Positions 45,091 to 52,678 of a stretch of 60,249 bases of DNA are shown one piece after another (position 1 is the stretch's first letter; every line of letters starts with the position of its first letter). The notes beneath the pieces were generated by a model. The model searched no databases. It saw nothing but the letters and a program-made list of their open reading frames with translations, and had not been told where the DNA came from. The translations under genes were made by a program, and so were the position numbers. The DNA is taken from IMG/VR virus record IMGVR_UViG_3300037510_000266, positions 1 through 60,249 of that record. One strand, written 5' to 3'. The DNA is from a virus.

Positions 45091-45299
45091 GACGCACCTC
45101 CCAGCACATCATCGAGCCGCCGCACAGCGTCAGGCATGCCATGCTCACATGCCTTCTCTAGACATTCGATGCATGTTGCCGCCTCGGGAAGAAAGGCGCG
45201 GACTGTGCCTGGCATGTCTCCGCAAAGCGTGCGGCTGCGACCGATCTCGAGATGTATCGGTGCGCCAAAGTCGATCAGAAGAAAGAAGCTGACGCTCAT
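45087..45299 (-). CDS. Hypothetical protein
   Basis: The ATG at 45299 overlaps the upstream stop (ATGA). 70 aa. Confidence 0.45.
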   Translation of the reverse strand: MSVSFFLLIDFGAPIHLEIGRSRTLCGDMPGTVRAFLPEAATCIECLEKACEHGMPDAVRRLDDVLGGAS

Positions 45300-45502
45300 G
45301 ACATCACCTCTGCAGCCACCATTTGCTGAGATCGCCATGACTCAAATACGCGGTCAGCTACCGCGTCAGCAAACGTCTGCTCGCTATGAACTACCGGCAA
45401 TCCGACCCATGAAGTGACACCGAGTGCGTATAATACCTCATCGTATATAGCGCGCCTTACGATGCCTTTTATGTCGAGCAGCGGCCACGCTGGGCCGCTC
45501 AC
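45296..45502 (-). CDS. Hypothetical protein
   Basis: The GTG at 45502 overlaps the upstream stop (GTGA). 68 aa. Confidence 0.45.
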   Translation of the reverse strand: MSGPAWPLLDIKGIVRRAIYDEVLYALGVTSWVGLPVVHSEQTFADAVADRVFESWRSQQMVAAEVMS

Positions 45503-46260
45503 GGCGCCACCCTGTCCAGGCTGCGGCACCCGATGACTCGGCCGGAGCTATCGCGCACCTGCTGCCCCGGCGTAAGCAGGTCTCCGGTCCAGCGACCGAG
45601 GACACGCGCTACCGGCGGAATGACCATAGACACGATCAGGTAGACGCCAGGCTGCGGGTCGGGCAGGTCGACAAGCCCGGTGTAGCGCGTCGTCGTGGTC
45701 GGCAATGAGACCATCTCGAAGATGGCAGGATGCGCGTCGGATCCGGTCTCCTGTCGCAGCAGGCGCAGTGGCTCTGCCGGCGTGCTCTCCTCGGTGGCGC
45801 GCGCGATCGTGCCCGACGGCTGGATCACGACCTCACCGATCGTCACGGCGTGCGGAGTGAGGTTGCGCAGCTCGATAGGGTAGCCCGTGAGCTGCGGCAT
45901 CGGCCACCGCGACCGCATCTCGATGTAGGCCGCGCGGATGCCGTAGTGGTATCGCGGCACCTCGTCGGTGAGCTCCCCGGCGATTACGGGGGCGAGGCGA
46001 TCGCGCTCTGCCTGGGCTGCCTGGGGCAGGTCCTCGCGTAAGAACTGGCGCGCGTAGAACTCGGTCGCATCAGGCTCCCACACCTGGTCGGCCGATGATC
46101 CGAGATCGATCCAGGCGCGCACCTCGTCGAGATTGACGACTGGGATCAGTCCGGAGCAGAACGGGTAACGCCGCTCGTAGCGCCGACCGGCGGCGTCGAT
46201 CCAGTGGGTGCGGTACTCGGTCGTGGTCTGGTAGATCGTGGTCTCGGTGGTCGTGGTCAT
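45499..46260 (-). CDS. Hypothetical protein
   Basis: AGGAG followed by two ATGs (46266 and 46260). The longer track ORF would run into the tRNA gene. 253 aa. Confidence 0.6.
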   Translation of the reverse strand: MTTTTETTIYQTTTEYRTHWIDAAGRRYERRYPFCSGLIPVVNLDEVRAWIDLGSSADQVWEPDATEFYARQFLREDLPQAAQAERDRLAPVIAGELTDEVPRYHYGIRAAYIEMRSRWPMPQLTGYPIELRNLTPHAVTIGEVVIQPSGTIARATEESTPAEPLRLLRQETGSDAHPAIFEMVSLPTTTTRYTGLVDLPDPQPGVYLIVSMVIPPVARVLGRWTGDLLTPGQQVRDSSGRVIGCRSLDRVAP

Positions 46261-46290
46261 GGTCATCTCCTGTTTTATATTTTTCGTCGG

Positions 46291-46363
46291 TGCCACCGGC
46301 AGGAATCGAACCTGCGCCCCGCGGCTTAGAAGGCCGGTGCCCTATCCACTGGGCGACGGTGGC
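46291..46363 (-). tRNA. tRNA-Arg (anticodon UCU)
   Basis: The reverse complement folds as GCCACCG-TC-GCCC/AGTGGATA/GGGC-A-CCGGC/CTTCTAA/GCCGC-GGGGC-GCAGG/TTCGATT/CCTGC-CGGTGGC-A. There is one 27:43 mismatch and no encoded CCA. Confidence 0.85.
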
Positions 46364-46369
46364 TATGAC

Positions 46370-46627
46370 TTATCCGTGATCTTCGACAAGGCGATCGTAA
46401 ACCGCCTCGTAAAGCGCCTCCAAATCGACTGGTATCGGAGGTCGATCTTGCATGTAGTCCCGTAGATCCTGACGGAACTCCTCTGTGCACGCGTCGACCT
46501 CGACCTCGACGCGTGAATCTCCGTCAAATATCCAGAAGTCGACCCAGTGATCACCCTCCACCAACCTGGACCAGATCGTCGCGAAGAGCCGCGACGAAAC
46601 AGAAACGCTATGGCCGGATGCGCTCAC
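46370..46627 (-). CDS. Hypothetical acidic protein
   Basis: 85-aa ORF, ATGA overlap with the upstream gene. Confidence 0.55.
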   Translation of the reverse strand: MSASGHSVSVSSRLFATIWSRLVEGDHWVDFWIFDGDSRVEVEVDACTEEFRQDLRDYMQDRPPIPVDLEALYEAVYDRLVEDHG

Positions 46628-47442
46628 GATGACATCGCCTCGATGATCGCGTCGAGCTCACCGCATCGAATGGGACTGTCGCAGATGGCGCGCTCTGCCT
46701 GCGCGATCGATAGCACCGTCTGGCCGGACTGACTGGCGATCGAACGAAACTCGCACTCCAGCATCAGAGTGCCGGCCGTCCATGTCGCACGTGCGCTCAA
46801 CTCCTGAGGTGTGAGAGTCCTCAGATAGGATGTGACCGGATCGGGCGCTGGTGATAGCGGTACACCAGCAGCTACGAGTGCAGCGCGGACAATGTCCATG
46901 GAGACGTCTACGACTGCTGCTAGCGCCTGGAGGAGAGCATCTCCGTGCCTCGGCTCTGCGCGCGGGCCACCATCTGGGGACCACGTGGCCGAATGGACGT
47001 CGGGGATCCGGTGATCCTTGGTCTCCGGCGAGCGGATCTCTACGAGACTGCCGTGCTCGATCCGAGCCGACAGAACCACGACACCAGGACGATGACCAGT
47101 GCGATCGAACCCAGCGGAAGCTGGCCGAGACACCACGATCCCGACGACACCGTTAGCAGACACCTGCCATGACAGTCGTCCGGTGCCAGTGGTGTGGCTG
47201 ACATTGCCGGCATAATCCGGTACATCCGGAGATGTAATGCCGTACTGCCATGCCTCCCATCCGTCTCGGAGACCGATGGCCATATAGCACGATCGAATGA
47301 AGTCATGCGTCATCAGCACGCCTGGTACTGGATGTGTTACCGGCATGTCTGGCTCGACCGCCCAGCCATGGCGGAATTCGCGGGCGAGGCGTCGGAGAGC
47401 GTTAATCTGAACTTCGGTGTAAGCTGCTTCTGTCGTGGTCAT
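46624..47442 (-). CDS. Hypothetical protein
   Basis: The ATG at 47442 is preceded by GGAGGAG with a 6-nt spacer. 272 aa. Confidence 0.6.
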   Translation of the reverse strand: MTTTEAAYTEVQINALRRLAREFRHGWAVEPDMPVTHPVPGVLMTHDFIRSCYMAIGLRDGWEAWQYGITSPDVPDYAGNVSHTTGTGRLSWQVSANGVVGIVVSRPASAGFDRTGHRPGVVVLSARIEHGSLVEIRSPETKDHRIPDVHSATWSPDGGPRAEPRHGDALLQALAAVVDVSMDIVRAALVAAGVPLSPAPDPVTSYLRTLTPQELSARATWTAGTLMLECEFRSIASQSGQTVLSIAQAERAICDSPIRCGELDAIIEAMSS

Positions 47443-47543
47443 CGTGATCTCCTCCAGTGTGTCGGGCGCTATGGCGTCCGGCCAAGCTACGAGATGGATC
47501 GCAGCCTCGCCGGCCTCCACAGCCAACGATGAATCGGATGGCT

Positions 47544-47666
47544 TCAGGCCGTCCGATCCAGATCATCATGCATCCCAGCGACGATGTGCTCGATCCGGCT
47601 GACCTCGCCGACTGCGGCACCGATGTTGTCGGTGTCGATGGTGATGAGCTTGTTGTTCATGGTCAT
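47544..47666 (-). CDS. Small protein (40 aa, below ORF-track cutoff), first gene of a leftward unit
   Basis: Hand translation gives MTMNNKLITIDTDNIGAAVGEVSRIEHIVAGMHDDLDRTA. The ATG lies 7-9 nt downstream of a -10-like box. Confidence 0.4.
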   Translation of the reverse strand: MTMNNKLITIDTDNIGAAVGEVSRIEHIVAGMHDDLDRTA

Positions 47667-47673
47667 GAGCTAC

Positions 47674-47704
47674 CCATTATGCCTATATCGTGCCAAGTCG
47701 CAAG
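47674..47704 (-). promoter_or_regulatory. Leftward promoter (TTGCGA-N16/17-(C)ATAAT(G))
   Basis: - strand reads cgacTTGCGActtggcacgatataggCATAATgggtagctcATG. Confidence 0.4.
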
Positions 47705-47821
47705 TGACTAGAATGTCTCATACGCGCACGATCGACGCGTGGCGAAACGCAACGATCCGGCCGGTTGAATGCGCCAATGTGGCGCGGTGCTCGTCGTGAC
47801 CGCATGGCGCCGCGATGCCGC

Positions 47822-47850
47822 TTGACAACCTAGTCGAGTATGGCTAGGAT
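47822..47850 (+). promoter_or_regulatory. Rightward promoter, leaderless (TTGACA-N17-TAGGAT-N7-ATG)
   Basis: -35 at 47822-47827, -10 at 47845-47850, ATG at 47858. Confidence 0.55.
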
Positions 47851-47857
47851 GTACCAT

Positions 47858-48031
47858 ATGACCAAGCCTCTCACGAACGGATGCCGCGTGCAGGTGTGCG
47901 GCGCATCTCCGTATAGTGGCATGTACGGAACGGTTGCCAGCCTCGACGGCTACGGATCGGCGATCGTCGAGACCGAGGACGGCATCACGCTGTTCATCTC
48001 CACGTCGATGCTCCATGAGGTCGCGTCGTGA
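47858..48031 (+). CDS. Hypothetical small protein
   Basis: 57 aa from the ATG at 47858 (MTKPLTNGCRVQVCG..). The ORF-track start at 47840 lies inside the promoter. Confidence 0.5.
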   Translation: MTKPLTNGCRVQVCGASPYSGMYGTVASLDGYGSAIVETEDGITLFISTSMLHEVAS

Positions 48032-48276
48032 TCACCGATGACCAACTCGAGAAGATGTGGCACCGCGCGCATGCCGCAAAGGATATCAGCATGATCGAGC
48101 TCGTCGAGCGCGCCATGGATGGCGATGAGGTGTGCCGTCGCATCGCGACAACTAGCGCGCGCGACGTCGAGATCTATCGCGTCGCGGTTAGCGGTCCGGT
48201 GTGCCCGGGATGCGGCATGCCGGCCCGTGACAGCGAACTCGACGAGCACGGATTCCACCCGGCGTGTCTGGCGTGA
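48028..48276 (+). CDS. Hypothetical protein with CPGCG motif
   Basis: 82 aa, GTGA overlap start. Confidence 0.5.
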   Translation: MITDDQLEKMWHRAHAAKDISMIELVERAMDGDEVCRRIATTSARDVEIYRVAVSGPVCPGCGMPARDSELDEHGFHPACLA

Positions 48277-48303
48277 CCGTCGCGGCGTACCGCGCTGCGA
48301 TGC

Positions 48304-48486
48304 TTGCGCGCAAAGGCCGCCGCTGCGGGATGTAGCGTCGAAGAGCTGATCGCGCGCAGCGAGGCCGAGCTTGCGCGTACGAAGCGCGTAGGCGAGCTGC
48401 GCCGCGATCCGCGATCGGGATGGTTGACGATCGCGCGGCATGCCGCGGCGCATGATCGGATGTGGAGCCATCGGATCGCGGAGTGA
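48304..48486 (+). CDS. Hypothetical protein (uncertain start)
   Basis: 60-aa ORF with a TTG start. No better start codon in this frame after the upstream stop. Confidence 0.3.
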   Translation: MRAKAAAAGCSVEELIARSEAELARTKRVGELRRDPRSGWLTIARHAAAHDRMWSHRIAE

Positions 48487-48580
48487 TGCCGCTTATCGGC
48501 ACTTTCGCCGCCCCGCAAAGTACTTCAATGGGGCCGCGATCCGATGGCTGATGCAGCCTACCAGATCGCCGCGATGCAGG

Positions 48581-49090
48581 CTAGCGCCATGATGCAGGTG
48601 GCATCGTCAGGTGCGCGCCGGTCGGCAGTATGACGCGCCACGTGCCGTCCTTCTGCCGCGCTACGTCCATCCACTCGATAATGACCTTCCTGTCGGCGCC
48701 GACGCCGACAACGAGTCCGACTTTTCCGTCGTGCGCGGCCTCGCCCTGTGACCGCCCGCCACGCAACGAGCGATCGTAGTCAGCCACTAGGTCGCCGACG
48801 TAGACATCGCCGCGCACGACGGCCCTGCGATCCGCCGCGAGAAAGGTGCCACGTGGCAGCCGGTCGGACGCCACGAAACGCCATCCGCGACCTGGAGTCA
48901 GCGCGCGCCGGTAGGTCTCAGTTCCGTTTCCCTTGGCGTTGAGATCGCGCCAGCTGCCCTTGGTAGGGATCGCGGTCGCGGTTGGATCGGCGGCGGCACC
49001 GGTGGCGATGTCACAGGCGAGGCGTACGGCCTCGCTGATCGCGGTGGATGACTCGTCCGTTGCGGTGGTCTGCTCTGCCATTGTCGTCAT
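48581..49090 (-). CDS. Hypothetical protein
   Basis: The ATG at 49090 is preceded by GAGGAG. 169 aa. Confidence 0.55.
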   Translation of the reverse strand: MTTMAEQTTATDESSTAISEAVRLACDIATGAAADPTATAIPTKGSWRDLNAKGNGTETYRRALTPGRGWRFVASDRLPRGTFLAADRRAVVRGDVYVGDLVADYDRSLRGGRSQGEAAHDGKVGLVVGVGADRKVIIEWMDVARQKDGTWRVILPTGAHLTMPPASWR

Positions 49091-49172
49091 GATCGTCTCC
49101 TCGTCTCCTGAGAGATGTATCTCTTGAGAGGCCCACCGGCATGGTGAGCCGCCCAATGGGCACATCGCCCGA

Positions 49173-49670
49173 TTAGTCGTCGCTGCCCTGATGCCACACG
49201 CCATTTACGTAGCCGCTCTGACCTCCGAGTCTGCGATCATTGACGCAGTCTGAGCTGCAAAATTTGAACCCGCGCGACACCTGGAATTGATCCAGAGAAC
49301 AGCCGCAACCAACGCAGTGGGTGATGCGCTTGCGCGGCGGAGCCTCGGCTGGCGCCGTACGCGCGCGCTCCGCGAGCGCCAGCGCCTCCTCGTGCGATCC
49401 GATCCACCATGCCGTCTGATCGGCATCCCAGTGGCATCCGCCATCGCGCAGGAGGCCGCGCACCGCGATCGTGTCGCCACGTAGGTAGCTGCGACGCCCG
49501 ATGCGCTCGACGGTGATGGTGCGGCTCGTCGTCTGCGTGGGCGCCTCACCGCCGCCGTGCGCGGCGCAGCGAACCTCCCACTTGCCGCTGGCGGATTTGA
49601 CGGCCTGGCCTGCGCCCGCGCCGACGAAGGAGCCACAGCTTGAGCACTTGCCGGGGTATTTGTTGGTCAT
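49173..49670 (-). CDS. Zinc-finger protein (early, leaderless)
   Basis: 165 aa. N-terminal CSSCG...C..H and C-terminal CVGCGC...CSSDC clusters. Confidence 0.6.
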   Translation of the reverse strand: MTNKYPGKCSSCGSFVGAGAGQAVKSASGKWEVRCAAHGGGEAPTQTTSRTITVERIGRRSYLRGDTIAVRGLLRDGGCHWDADQTAWWIGSHEEALALAERARTAPAEAPPRKRITHCVGCGCSLDQFQVSRGFKFCSSDCVNDRRLGGQSGYVNGVWHQGSDD

Positions 49671-49676
49671 GTGCTT

Positions 49677-49705
49677 ACCTTAGGTCACGTCTGGTGACCT
49701 GTCAA
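49677..49705 (-). promoter_or_regulatory. Leaderless promoter with a palindromic operator in the spacer (TTGACA-N17-TAAGGT-N6-ATG)
   Basis: - strand: -35 at 49705-49700, -10 at 49682-49677, ATG at 49670. The 17-nt spacer is the palindrome GGTCAC-N5-GTGACC at 49683-49699. Confidence 0.55.
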
Positions 49706-49740
49706 GTCGAAATCGACTAATCATCCTCTCCCTGGCTCGT

Positions 49741-50172
49741 CTACGCCGAGCGTGCCGTCTGAATCGCGTTGATTGTCGCGAGGATAGCCAGCGCGGCCAC
49801 GCTCAACGGCCACAGCGGAGAGAACGTCATCAGGATCTCGGTGAGCACCACGAAGCCCACGGCCTTGGCTCGATGGCCGCGGAAGTAGCGGATCCCGGCC
49901 TCGTAGACCGTGGGCGCCGAGTAGACCAGCGCGCCGAGGCATGCGGCCACGAGGATCGCCGCACGACGCGTCCAGCCGTCGCCAGCCACGAGCGCATCGA
50001 CGTCTAGCGAGGCGTGCATCGTGATCCACGTGGCCAGCGGGACCCACAATCCCATGATGGCGCCACCGGTGCGCGACCAGCGCGATGTCGGCTGCGGCTG
50101 CGGCTGCGGCGCTGACGACGCACGGCGCTTCCTGGGCTGCACCGGTGGGACGATGGAGAGCCGGGCGCTCAT
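49741..50172 (-). CDS. Integral membrane protein
   Basis: 143 aa. Basic and Pro-rich N-terminus, then about 4 hydrophobic segments. Confidence 0.55.
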   Translation of the reverse strand: MSARLSIVPPVQPRKRRASSAPQPQPQPTSRWSRTGGAIMGLWVPLATWITMHASLDVDALVAGDGWTRRAAILVAACLGALVYSAPTVYEAGIRYFRGHRAKAVGFVVLTEILMTFSPLWPLSVAALAILATINAIQTARSA

Positions 50173-50564
50173 CTCCGCACCTCCCCACAGACGACGCCGT
50201 GTGTGTCGTCACGCCATGCGCGCCAATCCGGCATCCGAGCCATCCGCGTCCAAGTGTCGTACTCGCACCGCTCGACGCGGTCATTGCGATCCGTCGGCGG
50301 GGTGATGTCTATGAGGAGCGGGATATTGATATGGCGCTGCACTGCGCGATGCAGCGCAATGCCGTATCCCTGTCCACGCAGCGACCGATCGACCGTTACC
50401 CATGCGATGAGACCGGCGAAATCGTCGTCGATCACGGTCACCATCTGTCCGACGTAGATCGAACCGTGCCATGCGTAGTAACGCATCACAGGGCGATACG
50501 ACTGACGCCGCATCCATCTGTAGGCCTGCACGGGACGAGATGTGATGTCCAGCGTCGCGATCAC
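50169..50564 (-). CDS. GNAT-family N-acetyltransferase
   Basis: 131 aa. VTVDRSLRGQGYGIALHRAV matches the acetyl-CoA-binding motif A (R/Q-x-x-G-x-G/A). Confidence 0.5.
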   Translation of the reverse strand: MIATLDITSRPVQAYRWMRRQSYRPVMRYYAWHGSIYVGQMVTVIDDDFAGLIAWVTVDRSLRGQGYGIALHRAVQRHINIPLLIDITPPTDRNDRVERCEYDTWTRMARMPDWRAWRDDTHGVVCGEVRR

Positions 50565-50971
50565 AGCGACACCGCCGTGTAACGCGTGCCACGGGTGTTG
50601 CCGGTGCGGCGGACGACGCCAGCCGACACCAGCTGATGGACCACATCGCGCGTCTCGGATGCCGTGGTGCCCATGATGCGGCAGATCTGCTCCATCCGCA
50701 TGCCACCGGACATCGCTGCAGGCGTGCGCAGCATGCTGTGTACGTGCATGGTGAGGTCGACGACCTCGATGGCGGGTGCTGCGGTCACGATGCTGTAGCG
50801 TGTGCCACGCGTGCGACCCGACGTCACCAGCTCGCCCGCGGCGACCAGCGCGCGGAGCGCCGGGCGGAGGTCAGCGACGGTGCAGCCGATGGCAGAGGCG
50901 AGCTCCGAGGCCGTCGAGCCGTCGAGGTCTGGGTTGCTGTTGATGAGCGAGAGGAGTTCGGTGCTGGTCAT
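50561..50971 (-). CDS. Tandem winged-helix DNA-binding protein (candidate repressor)
   Basis: 136 aa with two repeats ending ..LVTSGRTRGTRYSIV and ..VVRRTGNTRGTRYTAV. First gene after a leaderless promoter. Confidence 0.5.
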   Translation of the reverse strand: MTSTELLSLINSNPDLDGSTASELASAIGCTVADLRPALRALVAAGELVTSGRTRGTRYSIVTAAPAIEVVDLTMHVHSMLRTPAAMSGGMRMEQICRIMGTTASETRDVVHQLVSAGVVRRTGNTRGTRYTAVSL

Positions 50972-50977
50972 GAGCTA

Positions 50978-51006
50978 ACCATAGTCGCTCTCGGCTATGT
51001 CGTCAA
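50978..51006 (-). promoter_or_regulatory. Leaderless promoter (TTGACG-N17-TATGGT-N6-ATG)
   Basis: - strand: -35 at 51006-51001, -10 at 50983-50978, ATG at 50971. Confidence 0.55.
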
Positions 51007-51059
51007 GTCGAGAGTGGCTATTTTCTTGTAAATTGGTGTTATTGTTGAGTTATTCGTGG

Positions 51060-51089
51060 TTGACTTGCAGGCAAACCATCATGTAGATC
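51060..51089 (+). promoter_or_regulatory. Leaderless promoter (TTGACT-N18-TAGATC-N7-ATG)
   Basis: -35 at 51060-51065, -10 at 51084-51089, ATG at 51097. Confidence 0.45.
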
Positions 51090-51096
51090 AGTTGTC

Positions 51097-51471
51097 ATGC
51101 AAGAAGATCTTCTCGAATTGTTCAAGCGTTACGTTGAGATAGTAGGTACACGCAAGGCTCGCGCGACTATGATGCGTGCCATTGGCGACAAATTGTCCAA
51201 GTATCACTTGGAGATAGTTCGTACGCGCAAAGTTAGTGCAGACGAACATAATCCGCTGCATCCATGGATCGTCGAACGCTGCCTGGTATCCGCTGGTCAC
51301 CAGGAAGACTGCGGTCGATGTTATGAGGACTTCGTCGCGTGGTACGGGAAGCCGATGTCCAGGGTGAGATTCGGCGCGTATCTTCGCGACACCGGTCATG
51401 TCCGTCGCGTCAGCGCTCGTGGCGTCCCGAGCGGATCCGTCTACCGCGGGATCGGCCTGCGTACCGATTGA
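51097..51471 (+). CDS. Stand-alone paralogue of the primase-helicase C-terminal domain
   Basis: The C-terminus ..YLRDTGHVRRVSARGVPSGSVYRGIGL aligns with the primase C-terminus ..DLRDTGSVRRVSARGVPSGSVYRGIGL. DNA 51386-51465 resembles 41610-41690. Confidence 0.6.
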   Translation: MQEDLLELFKRYVEIVGTRKARATMMRAIGDKLSKYHLEIVRTRKVSADEHNPLHPWIVERCLVSAGHQEDCGRCYEDFVAWYGKPMSRVRFGAYLRDTGHVRRVSARGVPSGSVYRGIGLRTD

Positions 51472-51943
51472 TCACAACGGTATGCACGTAGGAAGATGAT
51501 TGTCTTCAAATAGTCTAGTTGTTACTAATAAGTATACTAACGAAGTACGTTGTTTATAGGTTAAGCCAAGTTGCTATGGGGATTTTCGCTCAGATCGACC
51601 ATATGCGTAGTGTGCATTACAAATGTCAGAAATGTCAGCGTGTAAGTAGCTGATACATGGTAACACGTCAGATCTGGTTCTGGCTAGGGTTGGATCGATC
51701 GGTATGCGCGTACATCTGTGATATTGTTGAATATGAGCATATCAACGATCGTCCTACAGTGCTCGAGGTCACATGATTTTGGTAGCGCGGCCTACACATG
51801 CCGCGTGGCCTTGCGTGAAGCGGTGAGGTGTCGTGGCATCATTGTGTACGAATCCTTCACATTGCATTATGCACGATTAGTCACAGGCGACGTGCTCCAT
51901 TTTGAAGCAAGTCATCTTAGACTAGCTCCATTTTGAAGCAGTC
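51472..51943. other. 472-bp AT-rich non-coding region with short repeats (candidate ori, pac or regulatory region)
   Basis: No credible ORF. Direct repeats aaatgtcag x2 (about 51621-51638) and gctccattttgaagca x2 (about 51894-51940). Imperfect palindrome gttgaatatgagcatatcaac (about 51726-51746). Confidence 0.5.
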
Positions 51944-52657
51944 GTGCAAATTGCACGTGGTAAATTTGCCATGGTGAGACCCTACAAGAAGCCGTCGCAC
52001 TGGTACCGACATAAGCCGATCACGTGGGACGAGCCGGCGTATCAGCTGGACATGGACGACGCTCGCGCGCGCGCTAAGGCCTACCAGCTGCGCCAGGCGA
52101 GCGGCATCGAGCCGCGGGACCTCGACGAGATCCTCGCGGAAAACGCCGGCACATCGCCGCGTGCGGCTCGTGCTGTGCGCATTCGCCGTGACCTGATCGC
52201 GGCGCGGTTGCTTGATCGCGTCCCCATCGACGAGCTCCCTCATACGCATCGCGAGATTGCCGTGCTGCTCGCCAGCGGAATGACGGCATATGCCATCGCA
52301 GACCGTCTGCGCATGGCCGATGGAACGGTCATCGCGTGTCGTCGAGAGATCCTCAGGGCCACCGGCGCTCACGCGGTGGAGCAATTAACGCGCATGGCAG
52401 TCGATCAGGGCATTGACATGAGCGCACGGTTAGGGCATACGGCAAATATGGCAAAGACCAAAGACTTCAAGATCAACGTCAACAAGCATACCTCGCGCGT
52501 CCTCGGCAACATCAAGGCGATGGCAGCACTCGGTCCGCAGTGCGATGATCCGGGCGCCATCAACAAGGTTCGTGAGGCCGTCAACAAAGAGCTCGAAGCG
52601 CTCGCTGCGCATTGGAAGGCTAAGACGGCGCCAGCCGTGGCGACGTTCACGCTGTAG
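51944..52657 (+). CDS. LuxR/GerE-type HTH regulator (candidate late activator)
   Basis: ..HTHREIAVLLASGMTAYAIADRLRMADGTVIACRREILRATGA is a LuxR-type HTH. GTG at 51944 or ATG at 51971. First gene of the + late block. Confidence 0.55.
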   Translation: MQIARGKFAMVRPYKKPSHWYRHKPITWDEPAYQLDMDDARARAKAYQLRQASGIEPRDLDEILAENAGTSPRAARAVRIRRDLIAARLLDRVPIDELPHTHREIAVLLASGMTAYAIADRLRMADGTVIACRREILRATGAHAVEQLTRMAVDQGIDMSARLGHTANMAKTKDFKINVNKHTSRVLGNIKAMAALGPQCDDPGAINKVREAVNKELEALAAHWKAKTAPAVATFTL

Positions 52658-52678
52658 GCCTGATCCGACGATCAGGGT

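Noticed and set aside
45499-47442. The 253-aa and 272-aa - strand proteins considered as possible integrase or recombinase.
   Set aside because: I saw no R..H-x-x-R..Y tyrosine-recombinase pattern and no N-terminal serine-recombinase motif. They remain hypothetical.
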